Shown here: one piece after another, positions 19,863-29,715 of the stretch
Position numbering within the stretch: position 1 is the stretch's first letter
Layout: each line of letters begins with the position of its first letter
NCBI GenBank assembly: GCA_963677925.2
Contig: CAXXYH010000003.1
Location: 1,440,001-1,504,000 of the forward strand
Reading direction: 5' to 3'
DNA from: Spirochaetia bacterium
GTDB taxonomy: Bacteria > Spirochaetota > Spirochaetia > UBA9216
DNA length: 64,000 nt
The notes under the pieces: model-generated
Seen by the model: the letters and a program-made list of their open reading frames with translations, nothing else
What the model was told of the DNA's origin: nothing
Database searches by the model: none
Translations under genes and position numbers: made by a program

Positions 19863-21254
19863 TTAATTACTGCACATTCTGTTTTGCGTCTTAAAAACAG
19901 ATAAAAGCAGAAATCCGATCGCTATAATACTAATACCAATAAATGCCGCATTAATTCCTCTTGCATCTGCAGTGCCGCCGGAGCCTGTTGCTGTCCTTGA
20001 AAATGTCTGCATTACTGCAACAAACAAAGCAGATCCGAATGCACCGGCAATACTGCGCAAGGTTAAAATCAAAGCTGAACCATGCGATATGTATACCGAA
20101 CTTAACGTACTCAAGCCCCAGGTCACCAAGGGCATCATTGTCAATGTAAGCCCCAGGACCCGCATAGCATATAATGTTGAGATATAGATAACAGGAGTTG
20201 AGGAATCGACAAAGGACAATCCTATACAGCCGAAAAGGATTGAAGCGCTGCTTACAATCGACAGCATTCTTATTCCAAAGCGATCATAAAATTTGCCTGC
20301 AACCGGACTGACTACAGCCATCAGCATAGACCCAGGCAGCATTACTAATCCCGAGCCGGTTGCCGTTAATCCTTTAACCCGCTGCAGGTAGATCGGCATG
20401 AGAGTTGATGTACTGATTAAGACCATAAATACAATGCAGCTCATAATTACAGAAATCCTGAACTCATAATTGATAAACGTCCGCATTTCAAGAAGAGGAT
20501 CTTTGATTTTCAATTGCCTGCTCACAAAGAAGAACAATATTATCAATCCTAGAATCATCGGCAACAATGCTGTAATAAGACTGGAAGTAGTCAAACTGAT
20601 ATTTCCTATTCCAATCAAAAATAAAGAGAACCCGATACTGCTCAGCAGGAAAGAAACAAAGTCAAATGAGGTTTCTTCATTTTCCAATACATTCTTCATT
20701 GATATCAGAGAAGCTATAAAGAAAATAATCATCAGTACGAGAGCGATAATGAATATATACCGCCAGTTGTAGTTGTCAATTATTATGCCGGCCAGAGTCG
20801 GAGCAATAACCGGCGCCAAGCCGAGTACTAATCCGTAGATACCCATAGCCGTCCCCCTCTTCTCCAGAGGGAATATTGTAAGAATAACAACTTGAGTTAA
20901 AGTTAGAATTACCCCTGTTCCCAAGGCCTGCATAAGCCTTCCCAGCAGAAGGATTGCAAAAGTGTCGGTCAATGAAGCCAACGCCAGACCCATAATATAG
21001 AAGATTATTGCTATTAAATGCAGATTTCTGGTTTTATATCTCTTTATCAAAAAGGCTGTGATAGGAGTCAAGATTCCCATAATCAGTGAATATATGCTTA
21101 TCAGCAATTGGCCGGTTGTCATCGGAATATTGAAATCATTAGTAATTCCCGGCAGAGCAACCACAAGTGCAGTATGAAGAAAAGTCCCTACAAATGAGCA
21201 TGATATAAAAATTATGAAAATCAAGTTCTTCGATTTCATTAAAGTCCTTTCCAT
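19863..21254 (-). CDS. MFS transporter, DHA2 (LmrB/EmrB-like)
   Basis: About 14 TM helices; GRLMQALG, RGTAMG, APVIAPTLAG motifs. Confidence 0.88.
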   Translation of the reverse strand: MERTLMKSKNLIFIIFISCSFVGTFLHTALVVALPGITNDFNIPMTTGQLLISIYSLIMGILTPITAFLIKRYKTRNLHLIAIIFYIMGLALASLTDTFAILLLGRLMQALGTGVILTLTQVVILTIFPLEKRGTAMGIYGLVLGLAPVIAPTLAGIIIDNYNWRYIFIIALVLMIIFFIASLISMKNVLENEETSFDFVSFLLSSIGFSLFLIGIGNISLTTSSLITALLPMILGLIILFFFVSRQLKIKDPLLEMRTFINYEFRISVIMSCIVFMVLISTSTLMPIYLQRVKGLTATGSGLVMLPGSMLMAVVSPVAGKFYDRFGIRMLSIVSSASILFGCIGLSFVDSSTPVIYISTLYAMRVLGLTLTMMPLVTWGLSTLSSVYISHGSALILTLRSIAGAFGSALFVAVMQTFSRTATGSGGTADARGINAAFIGISIIAIGFLLLSVFKTQNRMCSN

Positions 21255-21258
21255 AAAA

Positions 21259-22926
21259 TTAAAAAATCGTTTTTAAATTTAGCTCTACTTTTTTTTCACC
21301 GTGCTTTCGGCTGAACTGTTTAAGAAAAGTCCATGCAGCACGGCTTTGATCATAAACAGCTCCGTGCGGCATATTCTTTAAAAGGGTGTATCCTACCCGT
21401 ATCTCTCCATACTGGTTACAAAACCAGTATGTCTTCATTCGATCGCCGTCTGTATACCCGTTCTCTTCTGTATAAGTATTTGATTCGTCATGTATTAAAT
21501 CAGGCTTGAAAGGCAGGGGTTCCGATGAATCGTTTTCAACTATATTGCAGTGATTTACTTTCAGCATACTCTCAATCAGACTGTCTACATCCTTTCCAAG
21601 CGGAACCTTCGCATCGTTATCGCCTGTAAATATCATGCATGGAATTTCATAATCGCTTTCCAGCAATTCCCTGAAATCATTAACAAACGGGCCGCTCCAG
21701 GGAGATACTGCAGCAAATAATTCAGGCTGATAATTCGCCATTTCCCTTGTCAGCATTGCACCGTTTGAGAACCCTGTCATGTATACCCGGCTTTTATCTA
21801 TTTCGTATTTATCAAATAGTTCATCTATGATTAAGCTGAACACGGTATTGTCTCTGTCATAAAGCCAGATATTCTGTGGAGAATCCGGCAGGACCAGGAT
21901 AAATTCTTTTGTCTCATCTGCAAGTTTATCCCAGCCGTTTTTTGTCGAAAAAATCCAGGAAGGTTCTCCTCTTCCATGAACACTGAAAACAACAGGCATA
22001 TTTTTTGCTGTAGAACCAGAAACACCATCAGGCAGATAGGTAAAATAATCATATACTCTGTCTTCAACCGAAACACTGTCTTTTATAAATCTTGAGGAAT
22101 TGTAAAAATCGTATTTACTTAGACAGGGCTTAGGCGTACCATCCGGTGAATTTTTCCATCTAATAAACTTATTGAAAAATTTTTCCATAAGGACTTTCGG
22201 CAGATCTCCGTAAGATTCAGCTTCTGTAATTGAAAGTCGTAACTGGGCAGCCTTATCAGACTCGTTACTTAGTAATCTTGTTGATATTCCTCCGAGATTA
22301 ATTTCTTTACCGTCATCGGTCAGCCTGTTAACCTTGCAGAAGTATTTTTTTACAGTATCTAAATCATCCTTCCCTGAGTTAATTATCCATATGCAGACAG
22401 GAATATCTGAATTTTTCAGGTTGTAATCACTGCTTACATCGGGTACCAGCCAGTGATCAGAGTAAGCCTCCGCAGAACTGTAATTATCTGGAACCCCGTC
22501 GATCAGTACTATTCCTGCAAAACGATTCGGGTATGCTACTGCGGTATTACCTGCAAAAACGGCTCCATCATCATAACCGACAAGATAAATAATTGTCTCC
22601 CAGCACCATACAAATCCGTCACGGCCTGGAATACTGTCGCCCTGTTTTGATTTGAATTTCTGCCTGGCGGCGGCATAAATATCAGGGATAAGGGATACGG
22701 GTTCATTGGCCCAACCGTTCTTCACCAGAGGCATTACCAGAACTGCGCCGTCTTCTTCTACCTGCCTCAGCCAGCCAGAAGTCTCTGCAAACTGCTGTGC
22801 CGATTTATACTCTGAAGCAAACTGAGCAGGAGCACATACAAAAATAGTTTTAGCCGGTGTATATGTATTTGCTTTTTCAGACACATAATAAAAAATATCC
22901 AAAGTATCTAAATTACTATTATCCAC
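21259..22926 (-). CDS. Tandem-domain esterase (PHB depolymerase/LpqC-like)
   Basis: C-terminal domain VHGRG, VYMTGFSNGA, GDND, MPH; N-terminal domain is a similar fold with GYDDGA in place of GxSxG. Confidence 0.75.
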   Translation of the reverse strand: MDNSNLDTLDIFYYVSEKANTYTPAKTIFVCAPAQFASEYKSAQQFAETSGWLRQVEEDGAVLVMPLVKNGWANEPVSLIPDIYAAARQKFKSKQGDSIPGRDGFVWCWETIIYLVGYDDGAVFAGNTAVAYPNRFAGIVLIDGVPDNYSSAEAYSDHWLVPDVSSDYNLKNSDIPVCIWIINSGKDDLDTVKKYFCKVNRLTDDGKEINLGGISTRLLSNESDKAAQLRLSITEAESYGDLPKVLMEKFFNKFIRWKNSPDGTPKPCLSKYDFYNSSRFIKDSVSVEDRVYDYFTYLPDGVSGSTAKNMPVVFSVHGRGEPSWIFSTKNGWDKLADETKEFILVLPDSPQNIWLYDRDNTVFSLIIDELFDKYEIDKSRVYMTGFSNGAMLTREMANYQPELFAAVSPWSGPFVNDFRELLESDYEIPCMIFTGDNDAKVPLGKDVDSLIESMLKVNHCNIVENDSSEPLPFKPDLIHDESNTYTEENGYTDGDRMKTYWFCNQYGEIRVGYTLLKNMPHGAVYDQSRAAWTFLKQFSRKHGEKKVELNLKTIF

Positions 22927-22956
22927 AATATCTCTCCTGTTCCTGAATAGGCCTGC

Positions 22957-24117
22957 TTACGAAGTCTTTGCTGAGGTAGGATTATAAAGTCCTACTGCCT
23001 CTCTCTTCTTTCCGGATACTGCGGCCTCATCAAACCTCATATACTTAACTCCCAGCCTGTTGCAGTATGCAAATGCAAGATGAATCATACCGTCCCGGCC
23101 CTGCATCATATACGGATATTCATATTGACTGTTGTTTGTTGAGTTCTCCGGACCTGAAAAGCCTTCTCCCGGTTCCATATTCCGAATCAGCGGCCAGGTC
23201 GTTCCACCATCTTCCGACAAGGCAACCGCTACCGGACATCTAAGTCCGGGCCAGGAAGATACCCCGAATTCAGCTTCCGGAGCTCTGGTCGGATTATACG
23301 CAACTGCTATTCTGCCGCTTTCCAGTTTCAGCGCACTGATGCTTGAATTATTATTTGGAAGAATTGTCGGTTGAGGAATAGACCATGTGTCGCCGTAATC
23401 ATTGGATTCGCTTCTGTATATAAAATCTGCAAACCTGCTTCTCATTAGAGAGATCAGATGCCCGGTATCCAGTTCGATAATATTTGCGTGTACACGGCCA
23501 TTGCTCTCCGACATCTGTACCGTGCGCCATGAAACACCCTGATCATCAGAGAGCCTGAAAATCGTAGGGTCACCGGACAGATCATTCACATCAGGACTGC
23601 ATGACCAGTTACTGAAAATCCATCTTCCGTTTGAAAGGACCTGAATGGGCTGTCTGCAGAAACTACCTTCTTCTCCGAACAGGATCTCAGATTCCGTCCA
23701 GGTAATTCCTCCGTCGAAGCTTTTTTGATAACGGATAACAGAAGTAAACTGCATATTGTCATGCCCTTCAGCACGTGCAAGCTGTGAAGTATATACAAGC
23801 CATATTTCTCCTTCGTTTTTTAGAAAAAACGAAGGATTTTGTTCGCTTCTGGACGGATCGTTAGAAACTTTTACCGGACTCTCCCATTTATCCGAACCGG
23901 CGGGCAGTCTTGAACACACTATGCTGATATCCGGGCTGCCCTCAAATGAACCGGCAAACCAGGCACAGAGAAGATCTCCGTTCGGTAATTCCAGCATGGC
24001 CGGCGCATGTGCTGTTTCATACCCGCCCGGAGGAATCAGGGCTTCAAGGGTGCCCATCTTATCATTTATAAATATTCGTCCATCCACGGACATGCCGTTC
24101 ATTTTTATAAAATTCAA
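22957..24117 (-). CDS. BNR/Asp-box sialidase-like glycoside hydrolase, cytoplasmic
   Basis: Four Asp-boxes (SFDGGITW, SDDQGVSW, SNDYGDTW, SEDGGTTW), PNNNS, YEYP; no signal peptide. Confidence 0.87.
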   Translation of the reverse strand: MNFIKMNGMSVDGRIFINDKMGTLEALIPPGGYETAHAPAMLELPNGDLLCAWFAGSFEGSPDISIVCSRLPAGSDKWESPVKVSNDPSRSEQNPSFFLKNEGEIWLVYTSQLARAEGHDNMQFTSVIRYQKSFDGGITWTESEILFGEEGSFCRQPIQVLSNGRWIFSNWSCSPDVNDLSGDPTIFRLSDDQGVSWRTVQMSESNGRVHANIIELDTGHLISLMRSRFADFIYRSESNDYGDTWSIPQPTILPNNNSSISALKLESGRIAVAYNPTRAPEAEFGVSSWPGLRCPVAVALSEDGGTTWPLIRNMEPGEGFSGPENSTNNSQYEYPYMMQGRDGMIHLAFAYCNRLGVKYMRFDEAAVSGKKREAVGLYNPTSAKTS

Positions 24118-24169
24118 ATCTCCACTTCCTTATAAATCTTGCTATAGTAAAAAACTCTATTGGATTTAT

Positions 24170-25150
24170 TCAAAGTCTGTTCATCAAAAACTTAAAGGCC
24201 GTTTCGTCAGCCTCCACACCCAATGTCGGACCATGACCGCCTAAAGAACAAGACACATACATCGCATCCGCTTCGGCATCCGCCAGAAGCTTATACAGTT
24301 TCTCACTCTGCCCTATCGGGACAACCGGATCCTGACCTCCATGAAGAATAATCATCGGAGGACAATCAGAGCTTACATAATTTACCGGACTGCATTTTTC
24401 TGCCAGTTCAATATATTTCCAGTCCGGATCCTGCATATTGTTTGTTGAAAATAATTCTTCCAGTCTGGATAAAAATGCAGTTTTGTCCGGCCACCCTAAT
24501 ATGCATGACCAGAGATCAATAAAGCCAAGGCCTTTCTGACCGACCTCGGTTGAAGATAGGTCCTTTTCCCGGCTGGCTTCAGCTAATCCTTTCTTTAATA
24601 TTTCAGGAATGTCAGCAGGTGCATAATAAATCGCTGCAGCTTTCACATCGCTGCCGTACTCCAGATTTCCGCCGACATCGCCTTCAATGCTATTATCTCC
24701 GGAACTCATGGCAACCATCGCAGCCAGATGTCCGCCGGCGGAATTGCCGAAAACGCCTATTCGCTCAGGATCAATGTGATATTTTTCCGCATTAGCTTTT
24801 AAAAAACGGATAACGGCTTTGCTGTCATGGATGCAGGCGGGGAAAGGAGCCTGGGAGGCAAGCCTGTATGCAGGTGATACGATTGTGTACCCCTTCTCTA
24901 CAAGACGTATTAATTCACGGATATATACGGCCCGCTGAGTAATCTGCTTGTATTCACCCCACATCCAGCCGCCGCCGAAATAATATACGATACATGGTCC
25001 GGGGTCTTTCTGGTTAAGGTCCTGATAGATATCCATCTTCAGAATGTCAGAACTTCCATCGGAAAGAGGCACTTCAGCAAACTCAACATCCTCAAAACGG
25101 GGAGGTCTGCCCGGAGGACAGAGAGGTTTAATTTTCGGACCTTTATTCAT
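24170..25150 (-). CDS. Alpha/beta hydrolase (HSL/BD-FAE-type esterase)
   Basis: FGGGW, YRLA, GNSAGG, HGGQDPVVP, GGHG. Confidence 0.88.
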   Translation of the reverse strand: MNKGPKIKPLCPPGRPPRFEDVEFAEVPLSDGSSDILKMDIYQDLNQKDPGPCIVYYFGGGWMWGEYKQITQRAVYIRELIRLVEKGYTIVSPAYRLASQAPFPACIHDSKAVIRFLKANAEKYHIDPERIGVFGNSAGGHLAAMVAMSSGDNSIEGDVGGNLEYGSDVKAAAIYYAPADIPEILKKGLAEASREKDLSSTEVGQKGLGFIDLWSCILGWPDKTAFLSRLEELFSTNNMQDPDWKYIELAEKCSPVNYVSSDCPPMIILHGGQDPVVPIGQSEKLYKLLADAEADAMYVSCSLGGHGPTLGVEADETAFKFLMNRL

Positions 25151-25162
25151 ACATTTTCATCC

Positions 25163-26050
25163 TTACTGTTCGTAAGTTATACCAAACTCGTTCAATAACT
25201 CCAGAATCCGGTTATCCAGCTCGGCATCAGCCATAAGAGACGGGGCGCGATTATTTCCAACCGACGGATTATTGACATACACTGCCCGCTTAACCAGAGC
25301 CGGCCCGAATCCAAGAGCATATAGCTTTGTCCTGAACTCAATCAGTTTTATCTGAAGTTGTTCTGCAGACTCCATCTGGCCCAGCTCAAAGAGAGTACAA
25401 ATTCTGTTAACCCATCCTGGAACAATATTCGACAGACCGGAAACGCAGCCTGATGAACCTTTTTTCAGACCGTGAAGAATCTGTGAATCAGCACCGGCCA
25501 GGACTTCAAAGGATTCCGAAGCTATTTCACAGTATGCATCAAGATGATCAAGTTTACCGCTGCTGTCTTTAATTCCGGCGATATTCCCATGTTTTGAAAG
25601 TTTCTGTACCGTATCCGGAAGTACACCATTCTGGGTTCTTGCAGGGATATCATATATGTAGACAGGCACAGCTGACTCATCCGCAACCCTGCTGTAATGC
25701 TCATAAAGACCTTCCTGTGTGCAGTCAATAAAATACGGGTTGATAACTGCTACTGCATCAACACCCAGTCCGGTAAATCTCTCAATAAGCCTTAGAGTCT
25801 GGTAGGTAGAAGGCGCACCTGCATTGGCAATTACCCGAACCTTGCCGGAAGCTTCTTCAACAGCAGCTTTTATAATTATTTCTTTTTCGCTAGTCAAAAG
25901 ACTCGCAAAATCTCCGTTTGTTCCGCAGACGAGGAGATGATTCCCGTTTTTTATCTGCCTTCGCATTTGAGCCCTGGTGCTTTCAAGATCAACCGACTCA
26001 TCTTTACGATATGCTGTTATTACTGCAGAAAATGAATATATATTTCTCAT
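25163..26050 (-). CDS. DapA/NanA-family class I aldolase (probable 2-keto-3-deoxy-acid aldolase)
   Basis: GTNGDF, YDIPART, GIKDSSG (Schiff-base Lys); catabolic gene context. Confidence 0.85.
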   Translation of the reverse strand: MRNIYSFSAVITAYRKDESVDLESTRAQMRRQIKNGNHLLVCGTNGDFASLLTSEKEIIIKAAVEEASGKVRVIANAGAPSTYQTLRLIERFTGLGVDAVAVINPYFIDCTQEGLYEHYSRVADESAVPVYIYDIPARTQNGVLPDTVQKLSKHGNIAGIKDSSGKLDHLDAYCEIASESFEVLAGADSQILHGLKKGSSGCVSGLSNIVPGWVNRICTLFELGQMESAEQLQIKLIEFRTKLYALGFGPALVKRAVYVNNPSVGNNRAPSLMADAELDNRILELLNEFGITYEQ

Positions 26051-26057
26051 AGTATCC

Positions 26058-27083
26058 TTAAACCAGTCTTACTCCCATTTCAATAGCCTGAATCATGCTT
26101 TCAGGGTTTGCCCGGCCTTCGCCGGCCTTTCCGAAAGCCGTGCCATGATCAACTGATGATCTGATTATGGGGAGACCAAGCGTAATATTTACTCCCGACA
26201 TGGAAAGCCAGGTGTTTGTTTTCTGATCAAAATTGAATCCCGCAAGCTTTGTCGGTATATGTCCCTGATCATGGTACATAACCACCACGATGTCATACTG
26301 CCCTCCCTTCATTTTCGAGAATACAGTATCAGGAGGCAGGGGGCCTTCAACAATTTTCCCTGACTTCACGGCTTCTTCAACAGCAGGTATTATCTCTTCA
26401 ATTTCTTCAGTTCCGAACATTCCATTCTCACCGGCATGCGGATTCAATCCTGCCACCGCAATTCTTGGATTTTCAATATCCATCTTTTTAAGAGCATCAT
26501 ATGCCAAATTAATAACTTTCAAAATCCGATCTTTTTTAGTCCTTCTTATTGCCTCCTGCAGCGAAACATGTGTGGAGACATGCACTACCCGAAAATCACC
26601 TTCTGCCAGCATCATTGCATAGTCTTTGGTATTAGTTAATCTGGCGTAAATTTCAGTATGTCCGGCTTCCTTAATTCCGGCGGCATTAATTGCTTCCTTA
26701 TTAATGGGCCCTGTAATTGTTGCATCTATCTCACCTGATAGTGCAAGCATAATAACCTTTTCGATGTAGTCATATGAGGCTTTACCGCACATTGCTGAAA
26801 CTTTTTTATACTCAAGTTCAGCTAAATCTACATTTGCCATATCAAGAACATCGATTGTTCCGTACTGATAAAGACCATCAGACGGCTTCGTTACAGCTCT
26901 GGTTTCAAGATTGAGTCCTGAAAACTTAACAGCTTCATTAAATACAGCTAAGTCGCAGACAACAAGAGGTCTGCAAATTTCATATACATGTTTTTCATTT
27001 AAAGCTTTTGCTGTTATCTCAGGCCCAATCCCTGCAGGATCCCCGACACTTATTCCGAGAATAGGTTTTGTTTTTTCAGTCAT
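26058..27083 (-). CDS. pdxA: PdxA-family dehydrogenase (PdxA2, D-threonate/D-erythronate 4-phosphate dehydrogenase)
   Basis: GDPAGIGPE, GHTE, LNPHAGE, MYHDQG, RSSVDHGTA; adjacent DUF1537 kinase indicates PdxA2. Confidence 0.92.
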   Translation of the reverse strand: MTEKTKPILGISVGDPAGIGPEITAKALNEKHVYEICRPLVVCDLAVFNEAVKFSGLNLETRAVTKPSDGLYQYGTIDVLDMANVDLAELEYKKVSAMCGKASYDYIEKVIMLALSGEIDATITGPINKEAINAAGIKEAGHTEIYARLTNTKDYAMMLAEGDFRVVHVSTHVSLQEAIRRTKKDRILKVINLAYDALKKMDIENPRIAVAGLNPHAGENGMFGTEEIEEIIPAVEEAVKSGKIVEGPLPPDTVFSKMKGGQYDIVVVMYHDQGHIPTKLAGFNFDQKTNTWLSMSGVNITLGLPIIRSSVDHGTAFGKAGEGRANPESMIQAIEMGVRLV

Positions 27084-28243
27084 TTTTCCCCCAGTAATTT
27101 CATGTAGATTGATTCAATCTGTTCTTTAGAAAGCTCAATTGGATTATTATCCATTAGACGTCTATTCTGGTATGCATTCTCAACCAGTGCCGGAATATCT
27201 GCTGCTGTCACATTGAAGGCAGCCAGCGATGATATGATTTCGAGATCCTTCAGCAGCTGATGCAGTTCTCTTGTCAGATATTCAACCGGGTCAATTTCAG
27301 TATTGGTATTATCATATCCGAAACATTCTGCAACCAGAGTGGTTTTTGCAATATCAGCTGTAAGATTTATTTCCATGACAGACGGCAGCAGCATAGCATT
27401 TGCCTGACCGTGCGGAATATGAAATACAGTACCAAGCGGGTAGGACATGGCATGAACCGCATTGGTACCGGAAAGAGATATACACATCCCTGCAAAATTT
27501 GATGCTATGAGCATATTCCACCTGGCTTCAAGATCATCACTGTTTTTGAAAGCTTTTCTTAGGTTTTGAGCAATACGCTTTATGGAATCCAGAGCAAGCA
27601 GGTCACTCATGCTGTTCGCTTTCACAGACAGAAAGCACTCAATCGCGTGGCAAAGAGCATCCATTCCGGTAGTTGCAGTTATCCCTGAGGGTAATGTTGT
27701 TGTTAGAACCGGATCCAGAAATACAAGGTCCGGCAGAAGTCTTCCGCTGATCACCGCCGATTTAGTACCTCTGTCAGGAATTGCAATTATAGAATTTTTT
27801 GTAGCTTCAGAGCCGGTACCGGCTGTGGTGGGTATCAGGGCTGTAAATACGGAATGTTCCGGAACATCAGCACCATCAAGCAGCTGGAGAACATTTTTGT
27901 CCGAATGAATCAGTACTGATAAAAGTTTTCCAATATCAAGAACTGAACCGCCGCCTATTGCTACAACACCATCAGGCTTATAGGCTTTTGCTTTTTCTAC
28001 AACGGCATCTACATCAGGAACACCCGGTTCTCTTGGAATATCAGTGTAAGAATCAACTGATATACCTGATTTTGAGAGATATCCAAGAATCTTTTCTCCA
28101 ATTCCGGAATTTACAATTCCGGAATCCATTATCAGAAAAATCCTTTTCTTTGCGTATGAATCGAGGATCCGGCCTATTTCCTTACTCGATTCTGCTCCGG
28201 AAATTGTTCTTCCCGAAGCATTAAAGTCAAAATTATTATTCAT
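27080..28243 (-). CDS. Iron-containing alcohol dehydrogenase
   Basis: Start ATG 28243; GGGSVLD, PTTAGTGSE, DALCHAIE, HAMSY, HGQAN. Confidence 0.9.
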   Translation of the reverse strand: MNNNFDFNASGRTISGAESSKEIGRILDSYAKKRIFLIMDSGIVNSGIGEKILGYLSKSGISVDSYTDIPREPGVPDVDAVVEKAKAYKPDGVVAIGGGSVLDIGKLLSVLIHSDKNVLQLLDGADVPEHSVFTALIPTTAGTGSEATKNSIIAIPDRGTKSAVISGRLLPDLVFLDPVLTTTLPSGITATTGMDALCHAIECFLSVKANSMSDLLALDSIKRIAQNLRKAFKNSDDLEARWNMLIASNFAGMCISLSGTNAVHAMSYPLGTVFHIPHGQANAMLLPSVMEINLTADIAKTTLVAECFGYDNTNTEIDPVEYLTRELHQLLKDLEIISSLAAFNVTAADIPALVENAYQNRRLMDNNPIELSKEQIESIYMKLLGEK

Positions 28244-29513
28244 TACCAGCTCTCCGTAATTTATTCGACAAATATAACAATATTTTTTCAAAGGCGTCCT
28301 GCTCACCATATGATCCAGCCTTTGTAATAATCAGAATCTCACGTCCGCTTACCGGATGTACCGCTATAGCAACAGGAATACCAGGCAGAGCTTCATCGAC
28401 CAGCTGAAGATAGTTGATATTAAGCTGTTTGAGGATATGCAATGCTGTGTCTCCGCCTGAAAGCAGAAAGACATCGATCCCGCTTTCTTCCAGCAGTCTT
28501 TTCACTGAATTCCCGGCAACCGAACCTATTTTACCTGAGTCAATAACCATATTCTCACTGCAGGATTCACTCTCGGTTTTAAGAATGACAATGTTATTTT
28601 TTTCAAAATCAGACTTAATCTTATGAACTATTTTCTTAACCTCACTCTCCGGCGAATTTATCGCTCCGGAAGTTGACAGGATTGTACTCTCCGCTTTAAC
28701 TCTGTTTTCCAGCCATTCAGTCTGCCGTAAAGTTGTGTCCATTAGACTTCCAATCATAAATAGAAATCTGTAATCATCATTAAGTTTTATTATGGCAGGT
28801 GGCAGCGTTTTATAGACATCATCGAACATAGCATGATACAGGCCTGCTGCACCCACAAAAAGAACTTTTCTATGAATTGAAGCGAATGCGTCTTTTACCA
28901 TCCTCAGGTCTTCAACATTTTCTGAATCTGCAATGATAATCCTGGTATCATTGTCCATCATTTTCAAAATGTGCCTGTTTAAGCTCTGTGGAGTTGTTCT
29001 TATCTGTTCAAGCATTAAATTGTCAATTTCCCTGTTTGTCTGGCAGGATATTATATATTTCACGTCAGAACTTTTTACGGGAGTGAATGGATCACTGCTT
29101 ATTTCTGTTTCAGCAAGGGGTGTACCGTTGATAAAACACTTTCCGGAAACCACAGTTCTTCCGTTTCTAGGGGCAGCAGGCGCAACACAGACAAGATCAA
29201 AGCCTTTTCCGTCAATCATGGCATCTATTTCTGCCCCGACATTACCCCGAAGAGTTGAATCAATTTTTTTAAAGACTTCTACACCTTCTTCTGAATACTG
29301 TTTTACAGTTCTCAGAACTTTTGAATATGCATCCTTACTTGATAACATTCTGGTATTAGTATTTACGACTAGAGTACCTTCGTTTTGACCCGGAAATGCT
29401 CCGTCTGAATCTGCAACAACTCCTACAGATTTATCAAGTGATAAAAAATGAATTCCAGTGTCGTTAGCGCCGGTTAGATCATCAGCAATGATAAGTCGTT
29501 TATAATTATTCAT
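28236..29513 (-). CDS. Four-carbon acid sugar kinase (DUF1537, DtnK/DenK-like)
   Basis: IADDLTGAND, KKIDSTLRGN, SGGDTA, TKAGSYG. Confidence 0.92.
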   Translation of the reverse strand: MNNYKRLIIADDLTGANDTGIHFLSLDKSVGVVADSDGAFPGQNEGTLVVNTNTRMLSSKDAYSKVLRTVKQYSEEGVEVFKKIDSTLRGNVGAEIDAMIDGKGFDLVCVAPAAPRNGRTVVSGKCFINGTPLAETEISSDPFTPVKSSDVKYIISCQTNREIDNLMLEQIRTTPQSLNRHILKMMDNDTRIIIADSENVEDLRMVKDAFASIHRKVLFVGAAGLYHAMFDDVYKTLPPAIIKLNDDYRFLFMIGSLMDTTLRQTEWLENRVKAESTILSTSGAINSPESEVKKIVHKIKSDFEKNNIVILKTESESCSENMVIDSGKIGSVAGNSVKRLLEESGIDVFLLSGGDTALHILKQLNINYLQLVDEALPGIPVAIAVHPVSGREILIITKAGSYGEQDAFEKILLYLSNKLRRAGNE

Positions 29514-29526
29514 TTGTAGTTATTAG

Positions 29527-29543
29527 AGCTATAACTGTGCCAA
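29527..29543 (-). promoter_or_regulatory. sigma54 (-24/-12) promoter for the DUF1537-kinase operon
   Basis: Minus strand TTGGCACAGTTATAGCT (GG-N10-GC), divergent from a GAFTGA activator. Confidence 0.8.
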
Positions 29544-29615
29544 AAAAAATCAACAGCATTTGATTCTATAAATTATTACTATATAATGATTTAGTTATTG
29601 TAAAAAAACTTAAAC

Positions 29616-29632
29616 TGAAAATGAAGTTTTCA
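29616..29632. promoter_or_regulatory. Candidate upstream activator sequence for the sigma54 activator
   Basis: Palindrome TGAAAA-N5-TTTTCA about 75-90 bp upstream of the -24 element. Confidence 0.45.
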
Positions 29633-29715
29633 AGTGGTTATAATTTCACAGTTACTGATGATATTTTCACCACATTATTTCTACACCTTAGGAAAAATTC
29701 ATGATATTATGATAT

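Noticed and set aside
19863-21254. DHA2 MFS as an antibiotic-resistance determinant
   Set aside because: It is embedded in a catabolic operon and more likely exports a by-product; no evidence for resistance from sequence alone.
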